DNA of 63,189 nucleotides, the filler included, from Reticulomyxa filosa (Eukaryota; Protista; Foraminifera), in assembly GCA_000512085.1 (NCBI GenBank). It is 17 parts of 17 records of this genome, joined end to end, with 100 filler letters (N's around TTAATTAATTAA, not from the genome) between each part and the next. Parts side by side here need not be neighbours in the genome. Positions count along the whole stretch, not along the records: positions 12,332 to 23,406 come from ASPP01005494.1; positions 23,507 to 27,905 come from ASPP01006801.1; 15 more parts are not named here. One strand, written 5' to 3'. This document shows positions 13,460-25,722 of the stretch, in pieces; position 1 is the first letter of the stretch; each line of letters opens with the position of its first letter. Made by a program: the position numbers and the translations under genes. The notes below the pieces were generated by a model. It worked only from the letters and a program-made list of their open reading frames with translations. It did not search any database and was not told where the DNA came from.

Positions 13460-14479
13460 ATGTCAACAGATAAGGCACAAAGCAATGTACCAATCAAAAT
13501 GGCTGATCCGAACACAAATAAAAAACCTCAAAAACCCTCACCAATGACGACATATTTGTTGGGAGGTGTGAGTGCTTGCACCGCAGAACTAGTAGTTTAT
13601 CCTTTGGATACAATAAAAACACGTTTGCAAGTGGTGGGAAAAAAGGACGTGGGTATGCAAAGAGACGGTATGGTTCGAACCGCAACCGGTATTTTCCAAA
13701 GAGAAGGTCTGACTGGGTTTTACAATGGTTTTAGTTCGGCATGTTATCGCCATATGATTTACAGTGGCTGCCGTTACTTGAGCTATGAGTTCCTACGTGA
13801 AAACGTATTCAAACGAGACGCAGATGGACATTTCCCATTGTGGAAATCCATGTTATCTGCATTAAGTGCAGGGTTCATAGGGCAATATTTTGCGAGCCCA
13901 TTTGATTTGGTCAAAGTTCGAATGCAAACAGAAGGGCTTCGAATTTTGAAAGGTTAGTCGAGATAATCTTACATTTTTTTTTAAGTTTAAATTAATTTTT
14001 TTTTTCTCTCCTTTTTCAAAAAAGGTGAACCGGCTCTATATAAGGGAAGCATGGATTGCTTTATGCAGTTATATCGAGAGTTAGGTTTTTTTGGAATGTG
14101 GAGAGGATGGTTTCCAAATTGTCAAAGAGCAGCATTAGTACAATTGGGAGACTTAACCGCATATGATATGTCAAAACAATTCCTACTCAAAAAAGGGGTT
14201 CCGGATAATTTCTTGTGTCACGGATTAGCTTCCTTTGCAGCAGGTTTTGTTGCTACTGTAGTGAGCACTCCAAGTGATGTGGTTAAAACGCGCATGATGG
14301 CTGATCCTAACAGATATCGTGGTGCTTATCACTGTCTACGAGAAACTGTTCATCACGACGGCATCTTTGCTTTGTATAAAGGATTCTTCCCTATCTGGGC
14401 AAGAATGGGCCCAAAGGCAATGGTGTTTTATTTGACCTTTGAACAGTTGAGAAGCCTTTTAGGTTTACGGTCATGGTAG
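13460..14479 (+). CDS. Mitochondrial carrier, UCP4 (SLC25A27)-like; intron 13953-14024
   Basis: Three PX[DE]XX[KR]XR signatures (PLDTIKTRLQ, PFDLVKVRMQ, PSDVVKTRMM); QRAALVQLGDLTAYD is UCP4-like; splicing is in frame. Confidence 0.92.
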
Positions 14480-14939
14480 GAAGGCCGCTTATGTTAGATA
14501 TTACTTGGTGTTCCTTTATATCTTCACAATCTCTGCTTTTTATTAAAAGCTAGTTTGAACAATACCAACGTACTGCGATATTGTCCTTTTTGTATTAATA
14601 CCTTTTTATGACAATTTTTGTAATTGGCCTATCTCTTTTTTTTAAATTATTTCGGTTCGTATTAAATAAGATAAATTAAACAAAATGTAAAAATGACCCA
14701 AAAATGGAAAATTTCAACAACAAAACCAGTTGCTTCAGGATGAACAATAAACACCAGCAAACAAAACATTAACAAACAAAAAAACTCAAAGCAAGAAATG
14801 AAAATAAACTTGTGTTACAAAAAAAAAGCAAACAAAAAAATTAGCAGAAAATAACCAAAATAAAATAAAAAACAATGCACATGGAGAGAATAACAAACAA
14901 CTTAAAAAAAAAGAAAATTTTGTGATGGTTTTTTCGATC

Positions 14940-16983
14940 TCACTTGCGATGGCTGAATGATGAGAAAGTCTTGTGTGGACTATCTTTAACTCCAAATTCG
15001 TTAGTTTCAGATTCAATAAAATTATCACCTCCCTTTGCATTTTTGCTTTTGTCGAAATGTGACTCGTTTTTATTTATACTCGTGCTTGGAGTGTAACGCG
15101 AAGTTAATATTGGCAAATGATGTCTAATCGTCGGATCATGTGCAACAACCTCTTCATTTCCCAAAAAGTGACCGTATTGCAAAGTGTTGGCACAGTTGGA
15201 ATCTTGTTTATTCTTTTCATTCATAGAAATATCTTTGTGACTGCCATTGCCTTTGTTGGCTTGTTCTGGTCCTTCTAAATCAAGCTCTTGGATCACTACA
15301 CTAGTGCCGCTATTATTGGTGCTTCCTAACAATCAAAGAAAAGGTAATCACTAAGATAAAGATCCCTCACTTTGTGTAGACATTAAATATATATAAAATG
15401 CATAAATATACATAATACACATATCCAAACCTCTCATGGGAGAGGGTGGTGTGGCACAATCGATCCACTCAGAAGCGTCTTCTTTTCTTGGTTCAACCAA
15501 TTTGGGCGTGACACGCAAATTGCTGTCGACACACAAAATAGCACCGGCGTTATTCATGCAGTTGCAATAATTGGTGGCACTGAACACAGTGATTAAATGG
15601 CCACCGGCAAAATACTCAAACCCATCGTACACTACTTGATGAGCTCGAATGACCAAATCGATATCATTACGAATGCAAAATTGCCGAGCAATATCGCTAC
15701 CAAACACACAAGAAACGCCACGAGAATTTTGCTGGAAGCCCAAGTCATTGTCTGTTTCTGCGGGGTCGCTCCACAAAACGTCAATCAGTACTGTTTGATC
15801 ACTCAAACGACTGTCCTCTTTCAAAGCCTCGTGATGGTCTTGTGACACATTGTGCGTGTTACTTTGACTGTTATTCATATTCATCATATCAATGGTGTAT
15901 TTACTCATTGCCATTTCAGGTTCTGGGATCAGATCACATGGCCTTTTGATTTGGGCGATGCGATCAATCGTTTTCACTTGTCCTTTTTTTTTTGAAACAC
16001 AAACATTGCATTATATTAGTTTATGCATCAATAAAAATAAAATGAATAAATAAATAAAGAAGCATACCCATTCCACCATGAACACATAGAATTCTGTTTC
16101 CAATCATTGCGGCAAGAGGCAGCCAAGTAAACAAATGATTGACTTTTGTTTTTAACGACGAGTCAATTTTCGCTTTGGTTTTGATGATGCGATTTCTTTG
16201 TTCTTGGGAAGGCATACGGAACGTGCTTAAAAAAGTGAACCAATCCGGGGACTTCCCTTCAAACGTAGACAGAGAAGAAGAAGAAGAAGAAGAAGTGGGG
16301 GTGGTTTTCTTCGAGTCCGTGGACAATGAGCTATCATGAATACTCTTATGGTCGACATTGGCCAGAGACAGATTACGCTCGATCCATTCGTCTTCCAGAG
16401 GCTCAACAATTCGACTGGATATTTCTTCATAAAAGCCGTACAATTCGTTCATAGCGGCGCATTCGTGATTTCCTCGAATGAGAAACACGCGATCTTTGTA
16501 TTGTATTTTGAGCGCCAATAACAAACAAATGACTTCGAGTGATTGCTTGCCGCGATCGACAAAGTCTCCCAAAAAGATGTATTTGTACACATTCAAATCG
16601 CCGAGGATATGATCCGGCTGTCCAAAGGCGTCGAATATGGCCAACAGGTCGTACAACTGTCCGTGAATGTCACCAAACACTTTGACCGGAGGTTCCACCG
16701 ATATCAACGTGGACTCACTCGACACTAATGGCAAGGCTTCATTGATCAATGCAGCAAACTCCTCGTGGTTCAACATGAATTGACAGGGGTCCACAGGAGC
16801 ACGTTCCAACAAAATGCTGCGGATCACTCGCCAATGCAAGGACTGCTTGTTGAAAGGCGAGTGCAAATCGCAATTCTCGTGCTCGTCTTCCTTTGGAACT
16901 AATGCGGGGTCTATTCGAGATATTTTCTTTTTGCTATTGCAGCCGCTGTTATTATTATTGCCAATTGTCGTTGTCGTTGTTGT

Positions 16984-17018
<35 letters not shown>

Positions 17019-19318
17019 TGTTGCCAACGTTGCTATTGTTGACATGAATCATCCGATTGACACGCGGCGAAGAGTGTCTACGAACGGGTGTTTTACTTAT
17101 TGTCACTCGACGTGATTCATTCAGAACAGCTTCTTTGTCATTCGTCGGATTGACCCCAAGGTTTGGTGTTAACTTTGTTTGCTTATGATACGGTCGCATT
17201 GGCGTTATATTTGTCAATCGATCCATGTGGCGATGTGTCTGTGCTTGGGCTTGACTTTGATACCATTTACGGAAGTCATTCTTCTTATTATTATTATTAT
17301 TAATGCTATTGTTGGTATTCGTGTTGCAATTGCCATTGATAGAATTAGTAGTAGTTGCAATGGCGCCATTGTATTCCTTCATATTGCAGTCATCTTGGTT
17401 ATTGGCAGTCGCCGCACTGAAATCAAAGATATGCGTGCTACGCATGGCCAAAGAGGCTGTATTTGTAGGTTGCGATTGCATGTGCGATGCCTTCTTATCA
17501 CCGTCCGTTTGCGTTTTTATCTCTCGTATCGCTTCCGCTTCCTCTTTCCGTCCAAACGAATATTTCTTTCGATAAGGGTACGAAAAGGTGTGCGTGTGGT
17601 TGCGCAATGGACACTCCATGCTCGAAAACTGCAAGCTGTGCAGTTGCGAGAGCATCGATTGGTTGATGGGATCCACCCCCTTTTTTTTTTAAAAAAAAAA
17701 ACAAAATATATAATATATACATACACATACATAAATATACATATATTTAAGTATGCATACCCATATACAAACAATCTCTCCAATGGTTGGTTTTGACATC
17801 CAAAGGCTTGCAAAGATTGAATGCACTTGTGCGATTGCAGCAATGCAGTGGAAGGACGACAGCTTCCTCGAGGTAGGCTTTCATTTTCATGACTGTGAAA
17901 CGGTTCAATGGGCACGCATTTCCCGCAATGGCTGCTCGCCTTGTTTCCGCCGAGAATGTAGCTGCCGCCGTTTTGAGGAGAGTGGATCACCAAATCCTTT
18001 TGCTTTCGCACAAAATGCGAGGCGTGGTGTCCCTTACTCAATGCACAATCGATTCCCGGGGCCAACTCTTTGCCACTATTGCAAAAACAAGATTTCCCAA
18101 ATCAATTACAAAAATTTTGAAATGTATGCTTAGATTTTTTTTTTTTTTTGATTGGGTGAGAAGAAAAGACAGAGAAACAGGGGAAAGGGGGAAAATTTTG
18201 TAAAAAAGTCCGAATTTTTTTTTTTTTTTGGTAAGTAATTAAGCTAAACCCTAATTTAATGAATCTATCGTCTCGCACGTCGTAAGCAAAAATATCAGGA
18301 GGAAGAGGGGTAGCAGATCCATCTTTGACCCCACCTAAAACGAATAATCGTTTTTCATCGTCAACAAAAGAGGTGTGATAGGCTCGACCAGGCGGAGCGT
18401 TTTTGGGATGCAAAGCCAGCCAAGATTGTTTGTTTAAATCGAGTTTCCACAAGTCATTCAAAAACACGTTGCCGCGTTGACCTCCAAACAACAGAAATTG
18501 GCTCTCATGAAAGTGCGTGAGATTGCTGCCTCGACGGCCACAAGGACCTCCAACGAACGGCAAAGACTCAATTCGAAGCGGCTTCTTCGTCGCAATTGTC
18601 GCTTCCAAGTCCTGCGTTCCATCGTCGTTCTCAAAACAGCTGTCTATCGTCGTCATCGTCGTTGTCTTCCTCCCTTGCTGTCCTGGAAGCTTCGCAACGA
18701 CGATTTCCAAATCGCAGTGGGTACATTGCGAATCAAGATCAGATCGTCTAAATACGTATCTTGACACTTGCCACCGAACAGTAGCGCGTGCTCCAGATTG
18801 CGTCCAAACGAAGTTGCCGCGTGATCTGCTCGTGCAATCGGAGAAAGATCGACTCCTGAATAAATATATTGGCAAGGGGGTGTTCTTGTGTTCCAGGTCC
18901 ATTCTTCTTCTTCTTCTCTTTCTTGTTCTTGTTCTTGTCTTTGTGCTTGTTCTTCTTCTTCGTCTTGTTCTTTTCGTGTTGCATTTACTTGGCTTGCATT
19001 GCTGTTTTTATATGTGTTCATTGTGTCCATGTTTTCTTTCCATGAAGAAGTCATCTTCGATTTCTCTCGCGTCTTTGCCTTCCCCAATATTTGCACCCAT
19101 TGTCGCGATTCCAAGTCCAACAGATAAATGTCGTCAAAGTAGTCGCGGTTGCTATGAAGTGAAGACTCACCAAATGCTACCATCAACGTACCATGGTTGT
19201 CCGATTCATAGTCCCCGTGCATCGTTAACGTGTGGCCACAGCGGGGGGATGGACCGTTGTTCGCCGTTTCTACCACCTCCCATTGTCCTGTAAAATATGG
19301 AGACTCTTTATTTTTCAT
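14940..19318 (-). CDS. Kelch-domain Ser/Thr phosphatase (PPKL/BSU1 family); exons 19318-18250, 18075-17769, 17679-16068, 15982-15431, 15325-14940; one frameshift near 18650-18690
   Basis: N-terminal Kelch repeats (PSPRCGHTL, ARADHAA..LLFGG, PPGRAYHT); PPP motifs GDIHG, GDFVDRG, RGNHE, HGG, DVLWSDP, RAHQ, FSATNYC; four in-frame GT-AG introns. Confidence 0.9.
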
Positions 19319-20620
19319 TTCAACCCAAATCTTTCAAAAACTAAAATAAAAATAAATTGAGCAAATAAAAGTAGTTATTTGAATGATTCTATATATGTTG
19401 ATTTTCCTTTTGGCTTCGTCAGCCAAACAAATGTTGACAGTTTCTTTTTTTTTTGAATTGAAGATATTAGCTTGCTTAGACTAAGATTACTAAAGCTGCT
19501 TTAATATTGATCAGATTGTCGTTTCATAATTTTGGATGAACTGACTAAATATAAGTACAAACTTATGGAGATTATCTAGTGAAGATATACAATTTTTTCA
19601 ATAAAAAAGAAAATATTTATGCTAATTTTTTAAAATGTCTACTGATATAGATAAATATCAATTTGTTTTTTTAATAACTGGATAAAATATCATTTTATGG
19701 TATAATTTTGAAAACTTGTGATTGCTTTACACACGCACATTTTTTATATGTAATTATAGATTATATATCAAGACTTTTTTGCTGTCATCGTCAATGTAAT
19801 ATTTTTTATTTTAAACAAACTATATAAAAAAAAAGAACATGTATTTTTTTAATTAATTATTAATGATTCATTCGACAGTATATAATTATTTTTTGGAGCC
19901 ATTGCTACAACTTATAAAAAATAATTATTATAATTTAATCTTTTTTCTGATTTTTTTTCTTTTTTTTTCATTTATCTTTTATTTCTTTCATTTTTTTTAA
20001 ATTTCTTTTATATCATTTATTTTCATATTTATGTTATACACTTTTTATAAATTATTATTATTCTTTTTCTAAATTTTTTTTACAACCTTTTTATTTATTA
20101 TTTTCTCTTTTTTTCAATCACTACATTTCACAATTTTAAAAATAACGTCTTTAAATCTGGACCATCTATTTACACAATCAATTTTTTTAAAAACAACAAA
20201 AAATATGTATTAATTGGAGCTAGTCTTATCTTTTTTTTTTCATATAAAACTATATTTACAAATTTTTTTTTATTGATTTACATATTGTGAGTGGTGCAAA
20301 AATAAATAAATAAAAATTTTTTTCTTTGTGAGGTGGAATTCATATTATCACACATTTACATTATGTAACAAAAAATATATATAACATAACATAAAGCTAG
20401 CCCTAATCTCATAAACGGAGTTGCCTTCGACACCATTTTTTTTTTGTGGACTGGAGAGAGGTTCCAAACGAATGTCAAAACAAACAAATCTTTTATTTCT
20501 TTGGTTGTGTATGATAGCACCTTGATATGATAATTCAGCTGCAATTGATCAATAAAAGAATACGATGCGATTGAGAACAGATACATCAGTGGATGGCGCA
20601 GGCAGTCGATAGTTCCATTA

Positions 20621-20850
20621 TTGTGCTCGGCAATTAGTCTTCATTTTGCCCCAACATCACATAACACTATTCCAAAACATTTATCCTTTTGCAGAGAGGT
20701 CAAATCGACTGTCCAAAATTCATTTATGATATCCCATCGGCGTTTGAGTAACGTTAACGCAAATTATCTATCAGATGCTTGGCAAACGATTTTGTCATGC
20801 CTTCTTCACGTGGAAACTCTCACACAGCTGGGAAGATGCGCACTTTCATC
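20621..20850 (+). pseudogene. Possible fragment of a Sec7/BIG ARF-GEF-like (HDS region) gene
   Basis: ANYLSDAWQTILSCLLHVETLTQLG resembles the GNYLxxSWxxILxCISQLE motif of large ARF-GEFs; context is degenerate. Confidence 0.3.
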
Positions 20851-22890
20851 ATTGATAATATCATTGAGAGTCCAAATTTCGAAACGATTCTTTGAATACG
20901 TATAATCATGTTTTTCTTGTCACCTATATTAAAAAAAGCAAACATTATTTTAGTGACAAAAAAAATGAAGAAACACAAGGTGAGATACAAAGTGAAAATG
21001 TGTGGTTTGTGATTGGAACTTGTTCGCTGCTACGCTTTGGTCTATTTTTTTTTTTGTTAAAACAAGTCAAATATATAAAAAAAAAATTTTTATTTACTTA
21101 ACTAATAGTTTTGCTATCCTATGGATAGAAATGATTTTTGGAGTCAATTCTCCAAGTATACTTTTTTTTTTTCTTTTTTTTTTTTTATCACATTTTTTTT
21201 TCTTTTTCTTATACTTCTTTTTTTTGTTCATCTTTTTTTTTTTTCATTATTTTTCAATCTTTTTTTTACAATTTATTTCTATTTTTTCACCTCCATCCCC
21301 TTTTCAATTATACGTTTTCCCACTACTCCCTTTTTCAATTTTCTATTTTTTCCCCTTTTTATATTCTCCATTTTTCCATTCCCTTTTTCTATTATTTTTT
21401 TCTCCCTTTTTTTATTAATAATTATCTATTTTTTCCCACCAACAATCTTTACAAAACTTTTTTTCTTAAAATAACTTGGATCCTGGGCACATACTACACA
21501 AACAAATAAAATTATTTTTTATATTTTTAGAAAAAACAAGAAAAATATATTTACATGTAAAATGAATTTCAAACTCGATTTTAATTTTTTTCACTGTTAC
21601 AAACACTCAAAATGTTTTTGTTTTGTGTATGGAGGAGGGGGACAAAAGAACATAAACAGATTTTTTCTTTGTAAGGGGGAATTCCTATTTATGATATACA
21701 CACAATCACATTATCTTAACAAAAGAAAGAAAAACATATATAAAATATAACAAACCATTATTTTTCATTTTGTACGCCGGACGGCCTTCGACCCCAATGT
21801 TTTTTTGTGTGTGGAGGGGTTTAAATACATGTAACGTGTTTCAGGCGGGGACTCCTGTACACAAACACACAGCACATTAACATATACATATATGCATATA
21901 TAAAAAGATATGACAAACATTTTATATTACTTTCGGAGACTGTCTGGCTTCTACACCTCTTTCTTCTTCTTGTCGCTGGATCATTGTTGGAACGCATTGT
22001 CTATATTTTTTTCAATAATGTGTATATACATCATCAAAGTTATACGTTGTTTTTGTGGATAATTTTACATAAAAAAAAGTGTGTCCATATATATACTCAT
22101 GTCATGCAAATTGTTGACATATACCAGTGTGCTTACCTGTCGTTTGTTGGTGCGGACGCTGTTGTCATTGTGGATCGGCCATATCATTCTATATTTGTGG
22201 GCAATTGTTGGCGGAGATGGGTTTCAGCACATTGGGTTTCCAGCCGATCAAATGAGGACCAATGGAAGTTTAATAGTAGCCAGCAACTCCCTTCCACTAT
22301 ATCGTGAGTGACTCCACCTAGACGCACAATTACATGGCGCATTCGTGTGTATGGATATATGATATCTCATTCACACTTGGCTCATTATAAGCCATCATGC
22401 TGCTAGGATTCTTGAAATCGTCCAGGCCATGCTCACAACACATGTCTTGTCTCTTTTGAGTGGAAAAAAATTGACATCTAATTATCTTTTGTCAATGAAT
22501 GTAATTAATTGGAAAAGAATACAACTTTATACCAATTCCCTTGATTGAAATACGATATCATAAGTAGTTGTATCTTCAATTTGCATAAAACTTTTTGATG
22601 AATTGGTTATTGCGTTGAAATATGAATTTCAAAGAAATACAATTATTTCAATCAGCGTAATTATACACGTGAAACTTTCTTCAAAACAATTTTTGAAAAG
22701 AAAGAAAACTTGATACTTTGTAGAAGGAGAACTAATATAAGCAAATTTTCTACGCTATTCACAATTTTATCTTAGATAAAAAATTGGATTATTTGCGTTT
22801 TCAACAAAAATTTAACCTTTTTGAAAAATTTAACTTCAAACAAAAAGTTCTTACTCCAACTTATACAAAAAAAGGGGAAAGAGTTTAATC

Positions 22891-23406
22891 ATGTTAATCT
22901 TGCAAGTGGAAGAAGGCGAAACAGTAAAAGTAAAAAGCTTAACAACTTTCTCACTTGAAGGTTGTTATGATAAAGACTGGGTGGCAGCCTCAAATAAACA
23001 AAGCAGATTAAAGGTTTACAGTGTTTGTTATGTAATCAAATCGCAAATAATTTAATGGAATTAACTTGCAGTGAACACGAAGATCGTAAAGAAATACCTG
23101 TCGTTGGTGAGAAATGTCTGATGAAATATTTAAATGAAAAATAATAAATGTCCTATTGAGAAACACGGTCCTTGTAGTTACATAAAAGGACGAACATTGC
23201 GAAATATTGTTAGTGAATTAAAAGTGATATGTCCTCCACAATTTATAAAGCATTTCAATGAAAAGATAAAGAATAGAACAAAAGGAGGTGATACAATTGC
23301 AGAAACAGAACATGTTTGTAAATTTAGAGGAAAGATGAAGAAATGAAAGAATATTTAGAAAAAAGTGTCCTTTGAAGTTTTTGGAATGTAAATTTAAAGG
23401 ATTTGG
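22891..23406 (+). pseudogene. RING/TRAF-type zinc-finger gene, frameshifted and cut by contig end
   Basis: CYDKDWV, CLLCNQIANN..ELTCSEHE, VGEKCL, NNKCPIEKHGPC, SELKVICP, CKFRGK across shifting frames. Confidence 0.75.
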
Positions 23407-23542
23407 NNNNNNNNNNNNNNNNNNNNNNNNNNNNNNNNNNNNNNNNNNNNTTAATTAATTAANNNNNNNNNNNNNNNNNNNNNNNNNNNNNNNNNNNNNN
23501 NNNNNNCCCCCTTTTTTAAAAAAAAAAAAAAAAAAAAAATTA

Positions 23543-24337
23543 GAACTTTTATGGATTGGAAGAGATGACGAGGGCGATTACTCATTGTATTCCATGGAAA
23601 ATCCCTTGTTCGGGCCTGACAAAATCTCATGTATAAACAAATCAGGACATTACGCGCATTTGGAGCGCTTACCAGCTTTTTTCAAAAATATCAATAGCTA
23701 CTACAAGTCAATTCACGCGATGAAACAAGGAGACGACTCTTCCAAAAGCACTCCGCAATTGATCAACAAGTCCATCAAAATCCTCGCCGAGTTTTTATAT
23801 ACAAACTTATGTTCGATCTACGAATGGGACCTAAAGAAATCCAAAACCGATTCCAATTCTCCTGCTGTTGTAAAAAAAGAGCTAGTCGTTCTTAATTTCA
23901 TGTACTTTATCACAGAAGGTAGAAATATAAACCTCTTTTTTTTTTGTTCTTGTCTCACTTCTAGAAAATAATTGATTGTGATAGGTTTTTTGATTGGGCT
24001 GTTGGAGCTGAGTGAACTTGACATTGAAGACTTGATCAATGTCAGTGAGGATATTAAAACGCTTGATGATCACATGAGTGGAATTGAGTGTCTAGACATG
24101 GAATATTTGAAATCGTTTTTACAAGTTTGCCGCGGATTTGTTCCTGATATTGCATTGATGGACGAAAACAATAGCAACCAAGACAATACAAGTGACAATG
24201 CTAGTGACAGCAGCGAAGAGGAGGACGAAAATGAAGCTGATGAGGAATTAAGTGACGAGTCGGCAAGTATGAGCGAAGGTGAAGAGGAGTTGCTGATGAT
24301 GAAATTGCGATGCATGTTTCCTGCTGAAAGACATTGA
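23543..24337 (+). CDS. 3' part of a hypothetical protein with acidic tail (intron ~23919-23990)
   Basis: Two long ORFs with coding-like composition separated by an AT-rich GT-AG segment; no family recognised. Confidence 0.5.
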
Positions 24338-25722
24338 TATTTTCTCTTTTTTTGGATGTGTATACGTTTTTTCTCTCAATGAAGTCCTTTTAGGTTTTTA
24401 TTGTGTTTTTTTTGTTTAAGTGCTTTTTGGTGTGTATTGTTTGTTGTTCCTAATATGAAAACAATGGCCTTTTAATTCAATTAACTAATGCAATGAAATA
24501 TCTGAGCGTTATAAAAATTTATGCATTGTCAACTTAAACTATCAAAAAGATATCGTCCAATATAAAATATTAGTTCCACGTTTTGATTGTGTCATACTAA
24601 TATCTTATACACTCGATTATTGTCTTCTTTACATCTTTCACCAAGCGTTGCAATATAATGGTTCGTATCAAAATATATTTAAAAAACTCCACATCATTTT
24701 GAAACCTTGAGAAACAATATAAGCAACAAATATCGATATTTTTTCCATCGAAATGTTTGTTAAAATTTATAATAAAAAAATTGCAATTCATGTACAAATT
24801 TTATAATGGTGTGTCATATATAAATTAAACTATTTATATAATTAATAGTTTATGTTTGTTATCTTATAAATGCTATTTTATTTTATCATTTTATGTTGTT
24901 GTTCTATATAATACTGTAAGTGTCAAATGTTATAAATATTATAAATACAAATCGCAATATTATTATGTAAAACTAAATATCTAAAATGTAATAATATATT
25001 AAAACAAATTTTTTCATTTAAAATTTACTTTAATATTGGCACTAGTACCATTGACTTTTTTGTTCATGAACCGCACAACTTAAAATTTAAGATTTGTCAG
25101 TGGCGCTTGGCAACGGCAGTTTTTTTCACATTATTAGAATATTTGATTTTTCATTGTTCTTGTTCAAAAATGAGAAAAATATAAACTTAAAAAGCACTTT
25201 CATTGTAAATCATATGAGTTTGTTTGGCAAACCTACAAATGACTCAAACGTATATGACTTTCAATTTGTTGCTTGCAATAACTATAGGTGGTAATGATAA
25301 TTGACCATTGTTGAGATCCACGGTAAAATTACATGACTGTTTTATATGTTCATCGAACCATTTGCACGTTTCGTCGGAGGCAAGTTTTTTACTTTTGTGA
25401 AAAGGCAAGCTTTTGGATTAGCTGAGATAAATAACATTCATACATTGTATTACTTTTGTTAGTATCTTTTTTAAATCTCATTATTCTTATTGGAGGATGG
25501 ACTTTCCACTTCAAAGTACTTGGCAAGCGTTTGGTTCAGGTTTTGAAGATTTAAACAAACGCGGAAATGTGGAGATTTATGACGACAAAAATAATCTTCT
25601 TTTTTCTGGAGTTGAGTTGAAGAAAGAAAGGGTGAGAGCAAATTGAATAGAATGGAGTTTACAACAAAAACTTCCAAACAACATAGAAACATAATGAGCA
25701 ATTTTCGTATGATCTTCGGTAT

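Noticed and set aside
21002-21509. Phe-rich ORFs in three frames that look like membrane proteins
   Set aside because: T-rich, G-depleted low-complexity or low-quality sequence that lacks stops by composition; 19920-20330 is similar.
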